Origin: Bacillus subtilis subsp. subtilis str. 168
GTDB lineage: Bacteria > Bacillota > Bacilli > Bacillales > Bacillaceae
DNA: 64,000 nt
Assembly (NCBI RefSeq): GCF_000009045.1
Contig: NC_000964.3
Location: 744,001-808,000 of the forward strand
Direction of reading: 5' to 3'
Part shown: positions 59,319 through 64,000 of the stretch, piece after piece
Layout of the letters: the number at the start of each line of letters is the position of its first letter
How positions within the stretch are numbered: the first letter of the stretch is position 1
The notes under the pieces: generated by a model
The model's database searches: none
What the model was told of the DNA's origin: nothing
Seen by the model: the letters and a program-made list of their open reading frames with translations, nothing else
Made by a program: the position numbers and the translations under genes

Positions 59319-60546
59319 AGCTATGCCATTCTCTCAGCTTCTGGTCACTTGGCAATAGGAAGGCAAGGATGCCGAGGACAGGGAGAAAGGCAATGGCGAT
59401 CATCGTCGGGGTCAGTCCCGCGGCATCAATCAGAGCGCCCAGCGCCACAGCGCCGATTGCGCCCATCCCGAAGGCAAGCCCGACGGTTAAACCGGACATT
59501 GTGCCGATTTTTCCAGGAACTAGCTCCTGTGCGTAGACGACCGTTACAGAAAAGCTCGACATCAGAACCAAGCCAATCAATGCGAGCACGCCGTAGGCGA
59601 GAACCGGGCCGGCAAATGGCAGCACAATCGCCAGCGGCGCCGAGCATAACAGCGAACCGAGGATAACGAAGCGTTTTCCAAAACGGTCTGCAAGCGGGCC
59701 GCCGAGAAACGTGCCGATCGCGCCGAACAGCAAGAAGACAAAAATATAGCTTTGTGCCTGCTGAATGCTTACGTGATAGGTATCCATCGCGTAAAACGTG
59801 TAAAAGTTACCGATCGCACTCGTATACCAAGAACGAGCAAAAATGAGAAATATAATAATAATAAGAGCAGATACAACAGATTTGGTGATGGCCGTGTTTT
59901 CAGCCGTTTTCTTTTGCTTGCCTGATTTCTGGGCAAGGCTGCCGAGACGTGAGGCGTACCATTTCGCAATATACATGAGAAACATAACAGCAAGCGCGGC
60001 GACAAGCGTGAACCAAACAGCGCCGAATTGCCCGAGCGGCACAAGGATCAGCGCGGTGATCAGCGGTGCCATCGCCTGGCCTGAGTTTCCGCCCACCTGA
60101 TAAATCGATTGGGCGAGCCCGCGTTTTGTGCCGGCGGCCATATACGCCACACGGGAGCCCTCCGGATGGAAAATGGCCGAGCCTAATCCAATGAAAAACA
60201 CACAGCATAAGATCGTTATGAATGACGGGGCAAATGCAAGGCCCAAAATGCCAAGCATGCTGGCGGTCAAACCGACTGGCAGCGCATACGGCCGCGGCCG
60301 TTTATCGGTATACCAGCCGACAACAGGCTGCATGACGGATGACACCATGTTTAATGTGAAAGCAATGATGCCGAGCTGTGTAAACGTCAGGCTCATGGAG
60401 CGTTCCAAAATAGGGAACATGGCCGGAATCACAGCCTGAAGCGAATCGTTGAGCATATGGCAAATTCCGATAATAATCAAAATCGGATACACCGTGGTGC
60501 CTGGTTTTTGAACTGTTTTTTCTTTTAACGGGGCGGCGATAGCCAT
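59317..60546 (-). CDS. yfnC: MFS efflux transporter (Fsr-like)
   Basis: HMLND, GSAIFHPEG, GGPLADRFGKR. Confidence 0.88.
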   Translation of the reverse strand: MAIAAPLKEKTVQKPGTTVYPILIIIGICHMLNDSLQAVIPAMFPILERSMSLTFTQLGIIAFTLNMVSSVMQPVVGWYTDKRPRPYALPVGLTASMLGILGLAFAPSFITILCCVFFIGLGSAIFHPEGSRVAYMAAGTKRGLAQSIYQVGGNSGQAMAPLITALILVPLGQFGAVWFTLVAALAVMFLMYIAKWYASRLGSLAQKSGKQKKTAENTAITKSVVSALIIIIFLIFARSWYTSAIGNFYTFYAMDTYHVSIQQAQSYIFVFLLFGAIGTFLGGPLADRFGKRFVILGSLLCSAPLAIVLPFAGPVLAYGVLALIGLVLMSSFSVTVVYAQELVPGKIGTMSGLTVGLAFGMGAIGAVALGALIDAAGLTPTMIAIAFLPVLGILAFLLPSDQKLREWHS

Positions 60547-60656
60547 TGAGTCTCCTCCTTACATATATAACCAAAGCATACCACCATATTATTCATAAGG
60601 TGAAGAATTTATCAAGAGGAAAAAAGATTCTTATGAAAGAAATACCGTCAGCCTGA

Positions 60657-61364
60657 TTAGCAGCTGACGGTATTTTCGATATTCAAAATGTGATATAGCT
60701 CTTCAAGCTTACGAATCTCATAGGTTGGTATGATCTCTGGCACATTCGGCTTCATGTCAGGGTTCATCCAGCAAGTATCAAGCCCGGCGAGCTGTCCGCC
60801 TTTGATATCAGCAGTTAGTGAATCCCCGATGATTAATGTGTGCTCTGCTGAAAATTGAGGAATCCGTTCAAACACGTAATTGAAATATTCCTTCATCGGC
60901 TTTTGGAAGCCGGTGTCTTCAGAAACGAAAATGTCCTTGAAGAATGGAAATAATCCTGAATCACGGAGACGCTTATATTGTGTGTGAGACACGCCGTTTG
61001 TCACGATGTACAAATCAAACTGTTGCTGCAGATTTGAGATGAGATCAAATGCACCGTCAATAAGCTGATGTCCTTCTTCAAGAAAGCGGCGGTATTTTTG
61101 CTCAAGCAAAGCGCCGTCCGCTTCGTAACCGTACTCCTTGAGCAAAGCGGAAAAACGTGTGTTTACGACTTCATCCCGTGTCATCTTACCTTCTTCAAAG
61201 GCTCTCCAGAGACCTTGATTGATGGTTTTATACTGCGCCTTCATGTCATTTGTTAAAGGAATGTTCTGATCTTCAAACAGCAAACGCAGGGCTAAAGCTT
61301 CTGCCGCTTGAAAATCAAGGATGGTATCATCTACATCAAATAATAAAGTGCGGTATCGCTTCAT
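60657..61364 (-). CDS. yfnB: HAD-family (YjjG-like) nucleotidase
   Basis: FDVDDTILDF, IVTNG, KP, IGDSLTADIKGG; ATG 61364 after AAAGGGAGA. Confidence 0.88.
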   Translation of the reverse strand: MKRYRTLLFDVDDTILDFQAAEALALRLLFEDQNIPLTNDMKAQYKTINQGLWRAFEEGKMTRDEVVNTRFSALLKEYGYEADGALLEQKYRRFLEEGHQLIDGAFDLISNLQQQFDLYIVTNGVSHTQYKRLRDSGLFPFFKDIFVSEDTGFQKPMKEYFNYVFERIPQFSAEHTLIIGDSLTADIKGGQLAGLDTCWMNPDMKPNVPEIIPTYEIRKLEELYHILNIENTVSC

Positions 61365-61455
61365 CTGTGTGTCTCCCTTTCTCATATGTATTCAAAGTAT
61401 AGCACATAAAAAAAGGAAAAAGCCGGCGGGTGAGGCACCGCCGGCTGAAAAGAGA

Positions 61456-62841
61456 TTATTTGTTTAATAAGCTGTGTTTTCTCGAATATAGGAAGTAAAC
61501 CAGCGTTCCGACAGCGATCCAGATGACAAATGAAAGCCATGTGACGCCGGGAAGGCTGTACATGAACCAAAGGCAGATGCCTGCGCTGATAATCGGCACA
61601 ACCGGAACGAATGGCACTCTGAAGGACGCTTTGATTTCAGGATGTTTCTTTCTTAACACAATGACAGCAATGGAAATGACCGTAAACGCGGCAAGTGTTC
61701 CCATGTTCACCAGATGGGCCAGCGTTCCGAGGTTAATAAAGCCGGCGATTCCCGCTGCAACGATCCCTGTCAGCCATGTGTTGCGGAACGGGGTTTTAAA
61801 TGACGGATGAACCTTTGCGAACAATCCAGGCAGAAGGCCGTCTCTGCTCATGGCAAATGTCAAGCGGACCTGTGCGTACAGCAAAGCGAGCATCACCGTC
61901 GTAATCCCGATAATCGCACCGACAGAAATAATTCCGGCAACAGCGTCCTGTCCGACGAATTTCAGCGCAAAGGATACAGGATCTCCGACATTCAATTTGG
62001 CATAAGGCATCATGCCTGTCAGCACAAGCGATACCGCGATGTACAGAACCGTACAGACGGCTAGAGCTGAAATAATGCCGACGGGCATGTTTTTTTGCGG
62101 ATTTTTCACTTCCTCTGATGCGTTAGAAACCGCGTCAAACCCAAGGTACGCGAAGAATACAGTGGCAGCGCTAAGTATGACGCCTTTCATCCCGAATGGC
62201 ATAAAAGGAGACCAGTTATCCGGTTTCACATAGCCGATGCCGACAATAATGAACAATAATATGATCGCGATTTTCATCAGTACGATGACGTTGTTAAAGC
62301 GTGTGCTTTCCTTGACGCCTCTGCTGACAATCGCAGTGATGAGGAGAATGATCACCGCAGCCGGAAGGTTAAATACGGCGCCCGCCATGCTTCCCGGCGC
62401 TCCTGTCAGTGCAGCCGGAATATGAAGATTGAAGCCGGCAAGCAGTGATTGAAAGTATGAAGACCAGCCGGTGGCAACCGCCGACAGTGCAATGACATAT
62501 TCAAGCATGAGATCCCATCCGATCAAAAAGGCGAGCAGCTCTCCAAGTGTCACGTATGAGTATGAGTACACGCTTCCCGAAATCGGAATGGAAGACGAAA
62601 ACTCAGCATAACAGAAAGCAGCCAGCGCACAGGCGAGCCCCGCTAAAATAAACGATATGATGAGGGCGGGACCTGCACCGGTCGCTGCCACTGTTCCTGT
62701 AATGACAAAAATCCCTGTACCGATGACACAACCGATACCGAGCAAGGTTAAATCAAATGCGCTTAACGTACGGGCAAGGCTTTTTGACTTGCTCTGCGCA
62801 CTCAATGTTTCAAGCGGTTTTTTTCTAAATAATGAACTCAT
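61456..62841 (-). CDS. mtrA: APC-family permease (methylthioribose transporter MtrA/YfnA)
   Basis: GIGCVIGTGIF, YAEFSS..P.SGS.YSY, YLGFDAV, SRDGLLP. Confidence 0.88.
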   Translation of the reverse strand: MSSLFRKKPLETLSAQSKSKSLARTLSAFDLTLLGIGCVIGTGIFVITGTVAATGAGPALIISFILAGLACALAAFCYAEFSSSIPISGSVYSYSYVTLGELLAFLIGWDLMLEYVIALSAVATGWSSYFQSLLAGFNLHIPAALTGAPGSMAGAVFNLPAAVIILLITAIVSRGVKESTRFNNVIVLMKIAIILLFIIVGIGYVKPDNWSPFMPFGMKGVILSAATVFFAYLGFDAVSNASEEVKNPQKNMPVGIISALAVCTVLYIAVSLVLTGMMPYAKLNVGDPVSFALKFVGQDAVAGIISVGAIIGITTVMLALLYAQVRLTFAMSRDGLLPGLFAKVHPSFKTPFRNTWLTGIVAAGIAGFINLGTLAHLVNMGTLAAFTVISIAVIVLRKKHPEIKASFRVPFVPVVPIISAGICLWFMYSLPGVTWLSFVIWIAVGTLVYFLYSRKHSLLNK

Positions 62842-62900
62842 CAAAAGTTCCTCCTAGAAATATTCAAAATATTCTAATCATTATATGCAGTTCTTGTTGT

Positions 62901-62929
62901 ATTATATTGTCGAAATTTGACGTAGTCAA
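62901..62929 (-). promoter_or_regulatory. Near-consensus SigA promoter of mtrA
   Basis: TTGACT-17-TATAAT on the minus strand. Confidence 0.75.
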
Positions 62930-63090
62930 TAAAATATTTTTCTGCTTTAAATGATAGAAGCGAAACAGCGTTGTCGTATCATAGGATAGTAATTTTTACT
63001 AATCGTATATTCAATTTTATGCAAGATGAACCGATAGAAAAAATAGATTCGCCCATATTTTGATTTGCGGTTATAAAGGAGATGCTGACC

Positions 63091-64000
63091 ATGTTTCAAT
63101 ATGAAGAGTTGAATAAACAGTTTATCGGCGGGAAATGGCAGGAGGGCAGCAGCCCAAATGTATTGGAAAACAAAAATCCTTATACTCAAAAAACATTCAC
63201 AACATTCCGTAAAGCGACTGCTGACGATGTAGATGAAGCGTATCGGGCAGCGGCGCTGGCAAAGAAAAAATGGGATGCGGTCAACCCGTTCGAGAAAAGA
63301 ACCATTTTAGAAAAAGCCGTCACGTATATTGAAGAAAATGAAGAAGCCATTATTTATTTGATTATGGAGGAGCTAGGCGGTACAAGGCTCAAAGCAGCTT
63401 TTGAAATCGGTCTTGTCAAAAACATCATAAAAGAAGCGGCAACGTTCCCAATCCGCATGGAGGGGAAAATTCTTCCGTCAACAATAGATGGCAAGGAAAA
63501 CAGATTATATCGCGTGCCGGCAGGCGTTGTCGGTGTCATCAGTCCGTTTAACTTCCCATTCTTTTTATCTATGAAATCAGTGGCGCCTGCACTCGGAGCC
63601 GGCAATGGCGTTGTGCTAAAGCCGCATGAGGAAACGCCGATTTGCGGCGGAACGCTGATTGCGAAAATTTTTGAGAACGCGGGAATTCCAGCGGGGCTGC
63701 TGAATGTTGTTGTCACAGACATTGCTGAAATCGGCGACAGCTTCGTTGAGCATCCAGTGCCGCGGATCATCTCATTTACCGGTTCTACGAAAGTCGGCAG
63801 CTACATCGGACAGCTTGCGATGAAGCATTTTAAAAAGCCGCTTCTTGAGCTTGGCGGGAACAGCGCCTTCATCGTACTTGAGGATGCAGATATAGAATAT
63901 GCGGTCAATGCGGCGGTGTTCAGCCGATTTACACATCAAGGGCAGATTTGCATGTCAGCCAACCGCGTGCTTGTTCATTCTTCTATTTATGACAAGTTCC
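63091..64000 (+). CDS. yfmT: Aldehyde (vanillin/benzaldehyde) dehydrogenase, 5' part, runs off the window
   Basis: ATG 63091 after AAAGGAG; ISPFNFP, SFTGST, LELGGN, HQGQICM; absent from the ORF track because the stop lies outside the window. Confidence 0.9.
   Translation, partial: MFQYEELNKQFIGGKWQEGSSPNVLENKNPYTQKTFTTFRKATADDVDEAYRAAALAKKKWDAVNPFEKRTILEKAVTYIEENEEAIIYLIMEELGGTRLKAAFEIGLVKNIIKEAATFPIRMEGKILPSTIDGKENRLYRVPAGVVGVISPFNFPFFLSMKSVAPALGAGNGVVLKPHEETPICGGTLIAKIFENAGIPAGLLNVVVTDIAEIGDSFVEHPVPRIISFTGSTKVGSYIGQLAMKHFKKPLLELGGNSAFIVLEDADIEYAVNAAVFSRFTHQGQICMSANRVLVHSSIYDKF

Overview
Chromosomal segment of Bacillus subtilis. Gene order and protein sequences match my recollection of the strain 168 yeeB-to-yfmT region; this was recognised, not database-verified. 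Left to right: (1) a visibly AT-rich conflict island with the 3' end of helicase-like yeeB, GIY-YIG/T5orf172 nuclease yeeC, probable orphan immunity genes yeeD and yezA, and the LXG DNase toxin/antitoxin pair yeeF-yezG; (2) yeeG, rapH-phrH, yeeI (YebC family), spore coat genes yeeK and cotJABC, and a TetR-SnoaL-NmrA module yezE-yesE-yesF; (3) a ~26 kb rhamnogalacturonan-I utilisation cluster (yesL-yesZ, yetA, lplABCD); (4) the yetF-yetO region (hmoA, a Gly/Pro-rich gene with a SigK-type promoter, frameshifted RsbR paralog yetI/yezB, yezD, yetJ, yetK, yetL/yetM, yetN, cypD); (5) ltaSA/yfnI, the spore polysaccharide operon yfnHGFED, yfnC, yfnB, mtrA and the 5' part of yfmT. No rRNA, tRNA, IS element or CRISPR array was found. 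Best leads: an in-frame TAG that cuts a coding-like tail off YeeB (the tail repeats a motif in the YeeC N-terminus) in a candidate defence operon; an orphan immunity array behind yeeF-yezG; a perfect 26-bp palindrome between the SD and AUG of yesX; a TetR-type operator present three times, including an exact 23-bp repeat flanking yesEF; a position-conserved activator motif at the yesW and lplA promoters; and a probable spore-coat gene between yetH and yetI.
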